Origin: Thermoplasmata archaeon
Lineage (GTDB): Archaea > Thermoplasmatota > Thermoplasmata > Lutacidiplasmatales > UBA184
Direction: 5' to 3'
Assembly: GCA_030037395.1 (NCBI GenBank)
Contig: JASHRJ010000099.1
Location: 1-58,679 of the forward strand
Length of the DNA stretch: 58,679 nucleotides
Below are positions 1 through 10,254 of the stretch, piece after piece. Within the stretch, counting starts at the first letter, position 1. The number at the start of each line of letters is the position of its first letter. The notes beneath the pieces are model-generated. The model made no database searches, had not been told where the DNA came from, and saw only the letters and a program-made list of their open reading frames with translations. The position numbers and the translations under genes are program-made.

Positions 1-533
1 CACGCCCGGCGGACCGCCGCCGCTTCGAACCGTCCGACCCGCTCGTGGCGCGCTCGGAGGGCGAGAGGATGGCGGACCGGGTCGTCGGCCGCCCGGGCGG
101 CCCGCGTCCGGCCCGACACCACGAGGTAGACGGTCAGGTCGGCTAGGCCGATCTCGCCTCGGCCCGCGAGCCGGGCGGCCCGGCGCGCCAGCGCGAGGAA
201 CGTTCCGAGGCGCGCCGCACCGGAGGCGACCAGACCGGCCGTGTAGCCGACCGGATCGACGAAGCCGGTGTCCGCGACGACCGTCCGGCCCCGCGCCCGC
301 ACGGAGCACGCCTCCCGGTACCGGCGCGCCTCCTCGGCGAGGAGACGCAGCTCGAGCCGGCGGAGCTCCCGCTCGGATCGGTAGTCGAGGTCGGGCCGGG
401 GCCGGATCCGGTCGTACGCCTCCTCGAGGTACGTCGCCCCGAGACGTCGGGCGAGCAGGCGCGCGACGGTGGTCTTCCCGGAGCCGGACGGGCCGGCGAG
501 CGCCACGATCACCCCCCGCTGCGGCCGCCGCAT
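1..533 (-). CDS. P-loop NTPase / kinase-like protein, C-terminal part cut by the window edge
   Basis: The minus-strand frame is open from the ATG (533-531) to the window edge. Hand translation MRRPQRGVIVALAGPSGSGKTTVARLLARRLGATYLEEAYDRIRP... contains a Walker A motif (GPSGSGKT). GC3 is high. It is absent from the ORF track because no stop lies inside the window. Confidence 0.55.
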   Translation of the reverse strand, partial: MRRPQRGVIVALAGPSGSGKTTVARLLARRLGATYLEEAYDRIRPRPDLDYRSERELRRLELRLLAEEARRYREACSVRARGRTVVADTGFVDPVGYTAGLVASGAARLGTFLALARRAARLAGRGEIGLADLTVYLVVSGRTRAARAADDPVRHPLALRARHERVGRFEAAAVRRA

Positions 534-582
534 CGGGCCGGCGCACCGGCTGGCCGCGGAAAGCCTCCGCGCGCACCGGGGC

Positions 583-589
583 GATATAC
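583..589 (+). promoter_or_regulatory. TATA-like box upstream of folP
   Basis: GATATAC is the only A/T-rich hexamer in the 78-bp divergent spacer. Its centre is about 26 nt upstream of the folP ATG at 612, the spacing expected for an archaeal TATA box with a leaderless mRNA. Confidence 0.35.
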
Positions 590-611
590 GCGGCGGGCCC
601 TCGCCCGGCAG

Positions 612-1892
612 ATGCCCGAGCCCCCCGGGGTGCCGCGGTACTTCCCCCGGGTGCTGGACGGAGGCCCCCCCAGCGAGGTGGCCCGGGAGATCGAGGCGAC
701 CGAGAGCGACCCGGAGGGGGTCGGCATCATGGTCCGGAAATCCCGGATCTATCCGGTCCGCGTCGAGGAGGTCCCCCTCAAGGCGGCGCCCCTCCTCAAG
801 CAGGAGCTCCTAGCGGTCGGCGGGGACGCAGCGCACGCGCGGGGGATCGCCGATCACTCCGTGACCAGCTCTTCCGCGGTGCTCCTCGCGACGTGGGCCC
901 AGTACCAGCACCTTCTCCCCAAGCTCCGCCGGCAGCCGTTCGGCCTTCGCCGGCTCGCGGACGAGGTCGAGCGGGCCCTGCGGGCGTACGCGGGCCGGGG
1001 CTCGCCGGCGCTCTCCGGGGCGCGTCGGGAGCTCCGGTTCGGCGCCCGACCGCGCGTCCTCGGGGTCGTCAACGTGACGCCGGACTCGTTCTCGGACGGC
1101 GGCCGGTTCCTCGAGCCGGCGGCGGCCGTGGCGCAGGCGGAGCGGCTCGTCGCCGACGGCGCCGACGCGCTGGACGTGGGGGCCGAATCGACGCGGCCCG
1201 GGGCGACGCCCGTCCCGCCGGAGGAGGAGTGGGCCCGGCTCGAGCCGGTCCTGGCCGGCCTGGCCGGCCGGCTCTCCGTCCCGATCTCGGTGGACACGCG
1301 GCACCCGGGGGTGGCCCGCCAAGCGCTCGAGGCCGGCGCGGACCTCGTCAACGACGTCGAAGGGCTCCGGGACCCGGCGATGCGCGCCGTCGTCGCCGAC
1401 CGGGGCGCGGGGGCGATCCTGATGCACCTGCGCGGCCGCCCCGCGACCATGCACCGGGAGCCGCCGTCCGACGACATCCGGCGGGAGGTTTACCGCGACC
1501 TCGCCACGGCGCTCGGCGCGGCCGAGGCCGCAGGGATCCGGCCCGAGAAGCTCGCGATCGACCCGGGGCTCGGCTTCGGGAAGACCTCGGAGGAGAGCCT
1601 GGAGCTGCTCGCGCATCTTGGCGAGCTGCGAAGCCTCGGCTTCCCGGTCGTGGTCGGCGCGTCGCGGAAGTCGTTCCTCGGATGGGCGACGGGGGAGGCC
1701 GAGCCGCTCGCCCGGGTCGACGCGGGAGTGGCCGCTGCGATCCATGCGGCCGAGCAGGGCGTCGCGATCGTGCGGACCCACGATGTGGCGCCGACCGTCC
1801 GCGCCCTCCGCCTGTGGGAGCGGATCGAGCTCGCCCGCCGCCGTGTGCCCCGCACTGCGGAAGGCCGGGACGCCGCGAGGGCCGAGCTGTAG
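612..1892 (+). CDS. folP: Dihydropteroate synthase with N-terminal DHPS-associated domain
   Basis: 426 aa. Classic DHPS motif RVLGVVNVTPDSFSDGG, then DVGAESTRPG and GLGFGK. The N-terminal roughly 110 aa (..DPEGVGIMVRKSRIY..LLKQELLAVGGDAA) resemble the extra domain seen in archaeal DHPS. GC3 is high from codon 1. Confidence 0.9.
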   Translation: MPEPPGVPRYFPRVLDGGPPSEVAREIEATESDPEGVGIMVRKSRIYPVRVEEVPLKAAPLLKQELLAVGGDAAHARGIADHSVTSSSAVLLATWAQYQHLLPKLRRQPFGLRRLADEVERALRAYAGRGSPALSGARRELRFGARPRVLGVVNVTPDSFSDGGRFLEPAAAVAQAERLVADGADALDVGAESTRPGATPVPPEEEWARLEPVLAGLAGRLSVPISVDTRHPGVARQALEAGADLVNDVEGLRDPAMRAVVADRGAGAILMHLRGRPATMHREPPSDDIRREVYRDLATALGAAEAAGIRPEKLAIDPGLGFGKTSEESLELLAHLGELRSLGFPVVVGASRKSFLGWATGEAEPLARVDAGVAAAIHAAEQGVAIVRTHDVAPTVRALRLWERIELARRRVPRTAEGRDAARAEL

Positions 1893-1900
1893 GGGACGGC

Positions 1901-2665
1901 TCACCGCCGGGCGTAGAGGACGACGTTCTCCAGGTCGCGCCAGACGACCGCGGCCGACGCGAAGCCGGCCCGGCGCAGCGCCCGCAGGTGGAACGTGAGC
2001 GGAAGATCACCGGTCCTCGGGTGCTGGCTCTGTCGCCGCTCCCGCTCCGCGAACAACGGACCGAGCTCGGGGTCCCTCTCCGCGGCCGCCCACCACGCAT
2101 GCCAGGCGCCCCACGCCGCGCTCCGGCGCTTTCCCGGGAAGCGGACCCGCCGTACGCGCTCGGCGAGGCGCGTCAGCGCGGGCTCGTCGTCGGCCCACGG
2201 CAGGCGGTCGCCGTTGAGGAAGACCGCGCCCCGACGCAGGCGACGCGCGAGGTCCCCGTACAGCCGGGCGAGGGCCGGGCGGCCGAGCCAGTGGAGGGCG
2301 GTGGTGCTCAGCGCCGCGTCGTACCGGCCCGGCGGGAGCGCGCGGTCCCAGCCGGGGGTGCCGAGCCGCGCGTCCACCCACGTCAAACGGCCGCCGCACG
2401 ATCCGAGGGCGCCCCGGCCGACCCGCAGCACGACCGGATCGTAGTCGACGGCGACCGCGCGGGCCCCGGGGAACCGCCGCAGGAGCCGGGCCGACAACGC
2501 CCCGGGCCCGCACCCCAGGTCCAGGGCGACGAACCGGCGGGGCAGGACCGCCGCGGCGACGTCCAGCATCGCCGAGAACCGCGCCTCCCGCTGGGGGTTG
2601 AAGCTCTCCTGCTGGAGCTCCCAGCGCCGGTACCAGCGGGCCATCGCTCCGGAGCGCCGACGCAT
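1901..2665 (-). CDS. Class I SAM-dependent methyltransferase
   Basis: 254 aa with SAM-binding motif I VALDLGCGPGALS and a following acidic residue (AVDYD). Convergent with folP. The start could instead be the internal ATG at 2644. Confidence 0.8.
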   Translation of the reverse strand: MRRRSGAMARWYRRWELQQESFNPQREARFSAMLDVAAAVLPRRFVALDLGCGPGALSARLLRRFPGARAVAVDYDPVVLRVGRGALGSCGGRLTWVDARLGTPGWDRALPPGRYDAALSTTALHWLGRPALARLYGDLARRLRRGAVFLNGDRLPWADDEPALTRLAERVRRVRFPGKRRSAAWGAWHAWWAAAERDPELGPLFAERERRQSQHPRTGDLPLTFHLRALRRAGFASAAVVWRDLENVVLYARR

Positions 2666-2690
2666 CGGCCGCCGAGCGCGCCCGGCCCTC

Positions 2691-2888
2691 TTACGATTGC
2701 CGGTCCCCCGAGCGCTCGGCCTCGGCCGCGACGTCCGGCAGGTCCTGCTCGAGCACGAGCGAGCCGACGTAATCGCACGCCGCGCAGCGATACACCTGGC
2801 CGACGATCGAGCCCGCGATCAACGAGATCCTCGCCGAGCCGCACTGGGGGCAGAGGAGGACCGTCCTACCCCGCGGTCGACGAGGCAT
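2691..2888 (-). CDS. Small zinc-ribbon protein
   Basis: 65 aa from the ATG at 2888: [18 protein letters not shown]...[11 protein letters not shown] (CxxC...CxxC). GC3 is high. Its start overlaps the last 23 nt of gyrA. The longer 81-aa ORF-track version would lie deeper inside gyrA. Confidence 0.5.
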   Translation of the reverse strand: MPRRPRGRTVLLCPQCGSARISLIAGSIVGQVYRCAACDYVGSLVLEQDLPDVAAEAERSGDRQS

Positions 2889-5463
2889 CGTCGTCCTCCT
2901 CCGGCGCCTCGTCGGGCGGCTCCTCCGCGGGCGCACCCTCGTCGTCCGCGGGCCCCGGGGCGTCGTCCCCGCGACCCGGCGGCTCCGGCAGCGCCCCCTC
3001 CGCGCCGCCGTCGACCGGCGGCGCGAGCACGACGGCGTCCCGGACCGCGTCGCCGTCGTCCAAGCGGATGATGCGGACGCCGAGCGTGTTCCGCGCCTGG
3101 ACGCGGATCCCCCGGACGGCCATGCGGATGGTGATCCCGCGCTGGGTGGTCACGAGGAGCTCGGAGGCGTCGGTCGTCGGCAGGACCGCGACGACGCCCC
3201 CGTTCCGGCCGCCGGTGCGGATCGTGCGGACCCCCTTCGCTCCCCGCCGGGTCTCCCGGTAGGCGTCGGTCGGGCTGCGCTTCCCGTACCCCGTGGTCGT
3301 GATCGACAGGAGCGTCGGGAACCGGGGGCTGACGGGCGCCATGGCGACGAGCCGGTCGTCCTTCGCGTCGGAGAGGCGGACGCCGATCACCCCGTAGGTG
3401 GCCCGGCCGGTGGGGCGGACCTCGGCGATCGGGAACCGGACGAGCTGGCCGGCGTGCGTCGCGAGCACGATCTCCGTCGCCTCGTCCGTGACGAGGGCGA
3501 CGTCGACCAGCTCGTCCCCCTCCTCGAGGAGCGCCGCCTGGATCCCGCTGATCCGGATGTTCTGGAACTGGTCGAGACCGGTGCGCTTCACGATCCCGCG
3601 CCGGGTCGCGAAGCACAGCGAGCCGCCCCCCTCGAGGCCCCGGAGCGGGAGCAACGTGCGGACGTGCTCGCCGTCCTTGAGGCGGGGCAGCAGATTGATC
3701 ACCGCCTTCCCCTTCGAATGGCGGCTCCCCTCCGGCAGCTCGTACGCCTTGAGCCGGTACACCCGACCGAGCGTCGTGAAGAACAGCACGTCGTCGTGCG
3801 TCCGGGTGACGAACGTCCGGGTGACGAAATCCTCCTCCTTCGTCTCCATCTGGACGAGCCCGCGGCCGCCGCGACGCTGCCGTCGGTACTGGTCGAGCGG
3901 CAGGCGCTTGACGTAGCCGTCGCGCGTTACCAGCACGACGACGTCGGTGTCGGGGATCAGGTCCTCGAGCGAGCGGGCCGTGAACCCCGGAACGATCCGG
4001 GTCCGCCGGGCGTCGCCGAACCGCTGCTTGAGGTCGGTCAGCTCGTCGACGATCAGGCGGTCGAGCCGCTTCGGGGAGGCAAGGACCTCCCGCAGCTCCT
4101 GGGCGAGCGCCTCCTTCTCGGTCTTCTCCCGTTCGATCCCCTCGCGCTCGAGCGCGGTGAGGCGCGCGAGGCGGAGATCGAGGATCGCCTTCGCCTGCTC
4201 GCTCGAGAGGAGGAATCGGCCCATCAGGCTCGCCTCGGCGGCCGCCGCGTCCCGGGCCCGGCGGATGAGCCGGATCACTTCGTCGATGTGGTCGATGGCC
4301 GTGAGGAACCCCTCGAGGATGTGCAGCCGCTCCTCGGTCTTGCGGAGATCGAAGGTCGCCCGGCGCGTGATCGTCCCGCGCCGGTGCTCCAGGTGGTGGG
4401 CGAGCAGCTCCTTGAGGCCAAGCACCCTCGGGCGGCCGTCGACCAGGCAGAGGTTGATCACGCCGAAGCTCGTCTCGAGCGGCGTGTGCTCGTACAGCCG
4501 GTTCAGGACGATCTCGGCCGGGGCATCCCGCCGCAGCTCGAGGACGACGCTCGTCCCCGATCGGTCGGACTCGTCGCGCAGGTCGGTGACCCCCTCCAAG
4601 CGCTTGTTCTTGACGAGGTCGGCGATCAGCTCGAGGAGCCCGGACTTGTTCACCTCGTACGGGATCTCGGTGATCACGATCTCGTCCTTGCCGCCCCGCT
4701 CGCGGGGCTCGGCCCGCCCGCGCAGGTGGAGCATTCCACGACCGGTCTCGTACGCCTCCCGGATCCCCTCCTGCGAGAGGTAGCCCCCGGTCGGGAAGTC
4801 CGGACCCGGGACGCGCTCCATCAGCTCGTCGAGCGACGCCTCCGGCCGCTCGAGCAGGAGCAGGAGCGCGTCGACGACCTCGCCAAGGTTGTGGGGCGGC
4901 ATGTTCGTCGCCATGCCGACCGCGATCCCCGCCGAGCCGTTGATCACCAGGTTCGGGACCTTCGAAGGCAGGACGAGCGGCTCTTGGAGGGTCCCGTCGA
5001 AGTTGTCGGTCCAGTCGACGGTCTCCTTCTCGATGTCGACGAGCAGCTCCTCCGCGAGCGCGGAGAGCCGGGCCTCGGTGTACCGCATCGCCGCGGGGGC
5101 ATCCCCGTCGATCGAGCCGAAGTTCCCCTGGCCGTCGACGAGCGGATAGCGGAGGCTGAACGGCTGCGCCATCCGCACGAGCGCGTCGTACACGGCGATG
5201 TCGCCGTGCGGGTGGTACTTGCCGAGGACCTCGCCGACCGTCCGCGCGCTCTTGCGATAGGCCTTGTCGTGCGTGGCGCCGGACTCCCACATCGACCAGA
5301 GGATCCGACGCTGGACCGGCTTCAGCCCGTCGCGGCCCAGCGGCAGCGCTCGGCCCACGATCACGCTCATCGCGTAATCGAGGTACGATCGGTGCATCTC
5401 CTGCTCGAGGGGCCGATCGCGCAGCCGCTCCACGACCGGGGGCGACGCCGCGGTGTCGCTCAC
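2866..5463 (-). CDS. gyrA: DNA gyrase subunit A
   Basis: 865 aa. Contains the active-site region [10 protein letters not shown], the GyrA box QRRGGRG in the C-terminal beta-pinwheel, and an acidic C-terminal tail. The GTG start overlaps the upstream stop (GTGA). Confidence 0.97.
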   Translation of the reverse strand: MSDTAASPPVVERLRDRPLEQEMHRSYLDYAMSVIVGRALPLGRDGLKPVQRRILWSMWESGATHDKAYRKSARTVGEVLGKYHPHGDIAVYDALVRMAQPFSLRYPLVDGQGNFGSIDGDAPAAMRYTEARLSALAEELLVDIEKETVDWTDNFDGTLQEPLVLPSKVPNLVINGSAGIAVGMATNMPPHNLGEVVDALLLLLERPEASLDELMERVPGPDFPTGGYLSQEGIREAYETGRGMLHLRGRAEPRERGGKDEIVITEIPYEVNKSGLLELIADLVKNKRLEGVTDLRDESDRSGTSVVLELRRDAPAEIVLNRLYEHTPLETSFGVINLCLVDGRPRVLGLKELLAHHLEHRRGTITRRATFDLRKTEERLHILEGFLTAIDHIDEVIRLIRRARDAAAAEASLMGRFLLSSEQAKAILDLRLARLTALEREGIEREKTEKEALAQELREVLASPKRLDRLIVDELTDLKQRFGDARRTRIVPGFTARSLEDLIPDTDVVVLVTRDGYVKRLPLDQYRRQRRGGRGLVQMETKEEDFVTRTFVTRTHDDVLFFTTLGRVYRLKAYELPEGSRHSKGKAVINLLPRLKDGEHVRTLLPLRGLEGGGSLCFATRRGIVKRTGLDQFQNIRISGIQAALLEEGDELVDVALVTDEATEIVLATHAGQLVRFPIAEVRPTGRATYGVIGVRLSDAKDDRLVAMAPVSPRFPTLLSITTTGYGKRSPTDAYRETRRGAKGVRTIRTGGRNGGVVAVLPTTDASELLVTTQRGITIRMAVRGIRVQARNTLGVRIIRLDDGDAVRDAVVLAPPVDGGAEGALPEPPGRGDDAPGPADDEGAPAEEPPDEAPEEDDDASSTAG

Positions 5464-6854
5464 GCCGCCGCCTCCCTAGGCTCCCGCTGGCGGGCGAGCT
5501 CCCGGTTCGCCGCTTCCAGGAACCGGTCGCGGGCGCCCGGAGGTATCGTCGCCCCGCTCGCGACCCGATGACCTCCCCCCTCGCCGCCGACCTCCCCGGC
5601 CGCCGCCCGGCAGACGCTCGCGAGGTCGAGGCCCTGCGCGACCTGGCGCTCGAGCCCGCGCGCGCTCACCTTGGTCGGGGCGGCCCCCATCTCCGAGAAG
5701 ACGAACACCGGCAGGTCGCTCGGAAGGAGGTAGTTCATCGCGAGCCCGGCCTGGGTCCCGGCCAGCGGCATCTCGGGGCTCTCGAACCAGCGGAGCGATG
5801 CCATCGCACGAACGCCGTCCTCTTCGATGCGGCGCAGGCCGCGCAGCAATCCGGTCCTCCAGTCGGCCTCGGTCGCCCGCGCGCGGTCGGCGGCGCGCGG
5901 GTCCCCGAGGGCGTAGGCGACCCCGACGCCGGGGATCCCCGCGCGGCCGGTGGCGTTCTGGAGGTTCGAGACCTCCTCTGCGTCGAGCCCGAGCGACGGC
6001 ACGTACCAGCGCTCGCCGCCGATCATCGAGGCGAACTCCGGGAGGACCCGGTCCCGCTCCAGCCGCCCGCGGATCGCGGCGGTGAGCCGGTCCGCCTCCG
6101 GGGGCGAGAGCTCCGTCGGCCGCCGCCCCGGGTCCAGACCTAGCTCCCGAAGGAAGGCGATCGCCTGCTCGGGGCGGCCGGAGAGTCCGCGGACGTACGG
6201 GTCGACGCTGCCCGCGAGCGCGTCGCCGAGCGAGCGGCCGAAGAGGGCCAGGCCGCGGCGCCGCTCCAGGAGCCCCTGGCGCGCCGCCTCCTCGGCAAGC
6301 GTCGCGTTCAGGCCCCGGAAGCCCCCGACGTGCTGCCGGTCGTGGATCGCTCCGGAGAGCCCCCAGGGGGCGTTGTCCCAGTTCGCTGGGTCGAGGAAGA
6401 CGGTGAACAGCCAGGTGAGGGTCGCCGCCGACAGCTCGTTCATCCCGTCGACCCCCCAGTCGAGGGGGTTGACGAACGCGACGTGCGAAGGGAGCGGCGG
6501 CGGGGTCGGGACCCCCGGGTACCGGTGGTGGTCGAGGATCACGATCGGCTGGTCGCGTCCGGCGACGAGATCGAGCCAACTGGCGCCCGTGTCGGTGAGC
6601 AGGATCGGACCGGGAGTGTTGCGCGCGATCTCCGCGAACCGCTCCCGCTCGACGCCGAACAGCGGGGTCGCCTGGGCCGGATAGCCGAGCCGGGCGAATC
6701 CGCGCAGCGCGGCGGAGGCGGCGGCGACCCCGTCGCCGTCGTAGTGGTAGACCACGCGCCAGCGCCGGGGCTGCCCCAGGACCAGCGCCCGGGCCTTTGC
6801 AAACTCCTCGGAGTACCGGGGATCTGAGACGAACCGTTCCGGACCCGAGGCCAT
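5460..6854 (-). CDS. DHH/DHHA1 phosphoesterase, archaeal RecJ-like nuclease
   Basis: 464 aa from the ATG at 6854 (MASGPERF...). DHH-family motifs HYDGDGV, LLTDTG and ILDHH are present, plus the DHHA1 motif GGGHRVASG. The ATG overlaps the rps15 stop (TGATG). The 592-aa ORF-track version runs through rps15 and is rejected. Confidence 0.85.
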   Translation of the reverse strand: MASGPERFVSDPRYSEEFAKARALVLGQPRRWRVVYHYDGDGVAAASAALRGFARLGYPAQATPLFGVERERFAEIARNTPGPILLTDTGASWLDLVAGRDQPIVILDHHRYPGVPTPPPLPSHVAFVNPLDWGVDGMNELSAATLTWLFTVFLDPANWDNAPWGLSGAIHDRQHVGGFRGLNATLAEEAARQGLLERRRGLALFGRSLGDALAGSVDPYVRGLSGRPEQAIAFLRELGLDPGRRPTELSPPEADRLTAAIRGRLERDRVLPEFASMIGGERWYVPSLGLDAEEVSNLQNATGRAGIPGVGVAYALGDPRAADRARATEADWRTGLLRGLRRIEEDGVRAMASLRWFESPEMPLAGTQAGLAMNYLLPSDLPVFVFSEMGAAPTKVSARGLERQVAQGLDLASVCRAAAGEVGGEGGGHRVASGATIPPGARDRFLEAANRELARQREPREAAA

Positions 6855-7309
6855 CACTCCACCTGGAGCGCCGCGCCGGCGGCGGAGTACCGCCAGCTCT
6901 CGGGGATCCGTCGACGCTGCCGGTAGTACCGGGCCAAGCGGCGGATCCGGGACTCCATGAGGGTGAGCCCCCGTCGGTTCGCCAGGTCGTTCGGGTGGGT
7001 CTCGAGGTGGCGCTGGAGGTGGACGACGCGCTTGAGGAGGGCCTGGAGGTCGTCCGGGATCTCGGGCCGGATCCCGCCGTCCGCGAGGACGGTGGCAAGG
7101 CGCTTTCCGGTGAGCAGTCGGACGCCCGGCACCCCGAAGCCGTCGCGGAGCGCGGCGCCGACCTGGGCCGCCGAACGGCCGCCCTTCGCGAGCTGCACCG
7201 CCTGGCCGGCGGCCTCCTCGGGAGCCACGGTGACCCACTCGGGGCGGGCCGCCGGGTACGGGCGATGGGAACCGGCACGGCCCTTACGCCCGGAATGAAT
7301 GCGCGACAC
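6854..7309 (-). CDS. rps15: 30S ribosomal protein S15 (uS15, archaeal type)
   Basis: 151 aa. MSRIHSGRKGRAGSHRPYP... has a typical archaeal S15 N-terminus, with the C-terminal S15 fold (LESRIRRLARYY). Confidence 0.92.
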   Translation of the reverse strand: MSRIHSGRKGRAGSHRPYPAARPEWVTVAPEEAAGQAVQLAKGGRSAAQVGAALRDGFGVPGVRLLTGKRLATVLADGGIRPEIPDDLQALLKRVVHLQRHLETHPNDLANRRGLTLMESRIRRLARYYRQRRRIPESWRYSAAGAALQVE

Positions 7310-7334
7310 GGCCGGGCGAACGACAGGGGGGGCC

Positions 7335-7341
7335 TACTTAA
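7335..7341 (-). promoter_or_regulatory. TATA-like box upstream of rps15 operon
   Basis: The minus strand reads TTAAGTA. Its centre is about 29 nt upstream of the rps15 ATG (7309). Confidence 0.3.
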
Positions 7342-7365
7342 CGCTTGGCGCGCGGCGGTCCCGGC

Positions 7366-7698
7366 TCAGGCGATGCGGTCGGTCTTCTCGAGCGCCCCGA
7401 CCAGGAACTGCTTGCCTTCCGGGGTGATCCGGTACCGCGCGCGGGCAGCGGCGGCGCCCGCCGGGGAGCCCAGCTCCGCGCGCACGAGGCCGTTGCGGAC
7501 GAGGAGCCCGAGGGCGAGCGGAAGCTTCACCTTCTCCTCGTCGACCGCCCAGAACCGGCGCAACGTCTTCTCCAGGTCGTCGAGGAGCAGCGCCTGCTCT
7601 AGTCCGGCCCCCTCGTTCCGGGACTCCGCGCGGTTGAGCTGCTGCAGGATCGCGACGAACGTGGCCCGGACCGGGTCGGGGGCGGGCGCCTCGGGCAT
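7366..7698 (-). CDS. Small hypothetical protein, probable winged-helix fold
   Basis: 110 aa from the ATG at 7698 (MPEAPAPDPVRATFVAILQQL...RYRITPEGKQFL). GC3 is very high throughout. The upstream part of the 275-aa ORF-track entry is Arg/Pro-rich and overlaps the plus-strand gene. Confidence 0.55.
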   Translation of the reverse strand: MPEAPAPDPVRATFVAILQQLNRAESRNEGAGLEQALLLDDLEKTLRRFWAVDEEKVKLPLALGLLVRNGLVRAELGSPAGAAAARARYRITPEGKQFLVGALEKTDRIA

Positions 7699-7721
7699 CG
7701 GCGCGGGTACGTCGGCTCCCC

Positions 7722-7729
7722 CTACATAG
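7722..7729 (-). promoter_or_regulatory. TATA-like box upstream of 7366-7698 gene
   Basis: The minus strand reads CTATGTAG. Its centre is about 27 nt upstream of the ATG at 7698. Confidence 0.3.
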
Positions 7730-7811
7730 AGCCTCGCGCCGCCGTCGGTTCCCCAGGCCGTCCGGGACCTGGCGGACGCCGGCCGGGGTCCTGGCCCGGC
7801 GGCCCTCGGGC

Positions 7812-7817
7812 TTTTAG
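7812..7817 (+). promoter_or_regulatory. TATA-like box upstream of the Zn-ribbon/trpS unit
   Basis: TTTTAG, centred about 28 nt upstream of the ATG at 7843. Confidence 0.35.
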
Positions 7818-7842
7818 GGCGGGAGGAGAACTGGGGGGCGGC

Positions 7843-8151
7843 ATGACCTGCACCTGCCGGAGCCCCGCCCGTTGTCCGATCTGCAACACGCAGGTCCGGG
7901 TACCGCTTTCCAATCTGGAGAACGCGGCCGGCGCCGCGATCCTCGTCGACAAGTTCGCGCGGCGGGACTCCTCGTCGTCGCGCGAGGGGCTCCGTCGCCT
8001 GATCGAGGGGTGGACGACCTGCCCGGCGTGCGGCCACTCGGTGCGGTTCGAGCACTCCCGGTTGTGTGTCTCCGCGGCGCTGGCCGCCGCCGGGGTCCCG
8101 CCGACGGACCGCGAGGCGATCCTCGCCCGCATCACCTTCCCGGAAGGCTGA
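7843..8151 (+). CDS. Zinc-ribbon protein of unknown function
   Basis: 102 aa with two Cys pairs (CPICN ... CPACGH). GC3 is high. It ends 13 nt before trpS and is probably co-transcribed with it. Confidence 0.6.
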   Translation: MTCTCRSPARCPICNTQVRVPLSNLENAAGAAILVDKFARRDSSSSREGLRRLIEGWTTCPACGHSVRFEHSRLCVSAALAAAGVPPTDREAILARITFPEG

Positions 8152-8164
8152 GGCGCCGCGCGCG

Positions 8165-9319
8165 ATGCCCGACACCGAGGAGTTCGTCGTCACCCCGTAC
8201 GAGGTGCGCGGCCGCGTCGACTACGACCGCCTCCGCGAGATGTTCGGCACGCAAGAGCTGACCGGCGAGCTCCTGGCCCGACTGCGGCGCCTCGCGGGCG
8301 GGGAGCTCCACCCGCTCCTCGAGCGCGGGATCTACTACTCGCACCGGGACCTCGGAGCGCTGCTGGACGCCTACGAGGGCGGGCGCCCGTTCTTTGTCTA
8401 CTCGGGACGAGGGCCGTCCGGACCGCTCCACACGTCGCACCTCGCGCAGTTTGACCTGTGCCGGTGGTTCCAGGAGCGGCTCGGCGTCTCCATGTACATC
8501 CAGATCACGGACGACGAGAAGTACTGGTCCCGCGCCGGCCTGAGCCGGGAGGAGACCGTGCGCTGGGGGTACGAGAACCTGTACGACATCCTCGCGCTCG
8601 GCTTCGACCCGAAAAAGACCCGAGTGTTCTTCGACTCCCGCTCGATCGCCGCCCTGTACCCGCTCGCGATCCGCGTCGCCCGCAAGATCCCCTACTCGAG
8701 CGTGAAGGCGGTCTTCGGGCTGGAGCCGTCGGCCAACATCGGCTGGATCTTCTACACGGCGCTCCAGAGCGTCCCGGCGTTCTGGCCGTCGTGGGCGGAA
8801 GGGAAGCCGGTGCCGTGCCTGATCCCGTGCGGGATCGACCAGGACCCGCATTTCCGCCTCAGCCGCGACATCGCCGAGGGGCTGGGCTTTCCGAAACCCG
8901 CGCTGCTCCACAGCCGCATGGTCCCCGGCCTGCTCGGCGAGGCGGCGATGTCCACGACCGGATCCTCCGCCGACAACGCCCTCTTCTTGGACGACCCGCC
9001 CGCGGTCGTCGAGCGCAAGATCCGCAACGCGTTCACGGGAGGCCGGGCGACCGTCGAGGAGCAGCGCCGGCGGGGCGCGGTCCCGGAGGTCTGCTCCGTC
9101 TGGGCGCTGTGGCGGACCCGGTTCGCGGAGTCGGACGAACGGCTCCGCCAGGTCACCGACGACTGCCGCACGGGCCACATGCTGTGCGGCGAGTGCAAAG
9201 GGATGCTGCTCGAGAGAGTCCACCGGTTCTACCGGGAGCACGAGGCCGCCCGAGAGCAGGCAAAGGCGTGGGCGGAAGGCGCGATCGTCACCGGCCCACC
9301 CGCCGGCGCCGGCGTTTAG
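8165..9319 (+). CDS. trpS: Tryptophanyl-tRNA synthetase (archaeal/eukaryotic type)
   Basis: 384 aa from the ATG at 8165 (MPDTEEFVVTPYEV...). Class I motifs are GPSGPLHTSHL (HIGH-like) and AMSTTG (KMSKS-like region). The upstream part of the ORF-track entry is Arg/Ser/Pro junk. Confidence 0.93.
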   Translation: MPDTEEFVVTPYEVRGRVDYDRLREMFGTQELTGELLARLRRLAGGELHPLLERGIYYSHRDLGALLDAYEGGRPFFVYSGRGPSGPLHTSHLAQFDLCRWFQERLGVSMYIQITDDEKYWSRAGLSREETVRWGYENLYDILALGFDPKKTRVFFDSRSIAALYPLAIRVARKIPYSSVKAVFGLEPSANIGWIFYTALQSVPAFWPSWAEGKPVPCLIPCGIDQDPHFRLSRDIAEGLGFPKPALLHSRMVPGLLGEAAMSTTGSSADNALFLDDPPAVVERKIRNAFTGGRATVEEQRRRGAVPEVCSVWALWRTRFAESDERLRQVTDDCRTGHMLCGECKGMLLERVHRFYREHEAAREQAKAWAEGAIVTGPPAGAGV

Positions 9320-9324
9320 TCCGG

Positions 9325-10071
9325 CTACCCGACCTCGGGCCGCGGAGGGGGCCGCACCGCCTCGGGGCGCAGGGGCCCGTCCGGTCCGGCCAGGGTCCCG
9401 GGCGGCGCCTCCCCGCCCTCGCCGACCGCCGAGAGCAAGCGGAGCATCGGGCGGAACAGGGAACCGGCGGCGCGCTCCGGGTCGAGGGTGTACGCTCGCT
9501 CGTAGGCCGCCACCGCCTCCTCCTGGTCCCCGAGGGCGAGCAGCGACAGCGCGAGGTCGAGCCAGCTCTTCGCCTCCCGGGCCCCTTCCCGCTCGCCTCC
9601 CTCGTCCCCGTGGTCGTCGGCGCGGGCGGCCCGGGTCGGGGCCGGACCCCGGCCGCCGGGGGGGGACTCCCGGGACAGCACGAGCGCCCGCTCGAACGCG
9701 GCGGCCGCCGCCGGCTCGTCGCCCGACTCGGCCAGGGCGACGCCGAGCCGGTGCCAGGCGACCAGGTCCCTCGGCTCTAGCGCCACCGCCCGGCGGTAGG
9801 CGCTGGCAGCGTCCGGCCACTCGTCCCTCAAAGCCCGGGCGACGCCCAGATGGAACCAGGCCTCGCCGTCCTGGGGGGCGAGCGAGACCGCCCGCGAGAG
9901 CGCCAGCTCCGCCTCCCCGGCCTTGCCGAGGTGCGTGAGCGCGATGCCGTAGCTTGACCACGCCCGCCCGTCCGACGGGTTCTCCCGGACGACGGAGGAG
10001 AACGCCGCGGCGGCGCGGTCGTACTCTCGGTGCAGCAGGTGCTGCACCCCGAGGCGAAACTGCTGGCTCAT
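9325..10071 (-). CDS. TPR repeat protein
   Basis: 248 aa with repeated A-x-x-x-Y/F-x-x-A-hydrophobic 34-residue units (AAAAFSSVV..., AASAYRRAVALEPRD..., AVAAYERAYTLDPE). Confidence 0.8.
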   Translation of the reverse strand: MSQQFRLGVQHLLHREYDRAAAAFSSVVRENPSDGRAWSSYGIALTHLGKAGEAELALSRAVSLAPQDGEAWFHLGVARALRDEWPDAASAYRRAVALEPRDLVAWHRLGVALAESGDEPAAAAAFERALVLSRESPPGGRGPAPTRAARADDHGDEGGEREGAREAKSWLDLALSLLALGDQEEAVAAYERAYTLDPERAAGSLFRPMLRLLSAVGEGGEAPPGTLAGPDGPLRPEAVRPPPRPEVG

Positions 10072-10254
10072 CCCGGGGTCCGCCGACGCCCGCCGCCCCC
10101 CAAAAGGCTACCGCTGGAGCCGCGCCGGCCACGCTTTTCGGCCGACCGGCCGGGAAGGGGCAGCCCGGGCGGCCCCGCCGGGCTTATATGCGCCGGGCGC
10201 GGTGGGTCGCTAAGGAATCCCAGAGCCGGCCCGATTCGAGCGTCCCGCCCGTCC

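Noticed and set aside
2866-5463. Topoisomerase IV ParC instead of GyrA
   Set aside because: A GyrA box (QRRGGRG) is present at the start of the C-terminal domain along with an acidic tail, both hallmarks of gyrase.
5460-7238. The 592-aa RecJ-like ORF starting at 7238, and the parallel 600-aa ORF at 5476-7278
   Set aside because: The first 128 codons are Arg/Pro-rich and lie out of frame within rps15. The DHH domain begins right after the internal ATG at 6854, which overlaps the rps15 stop.
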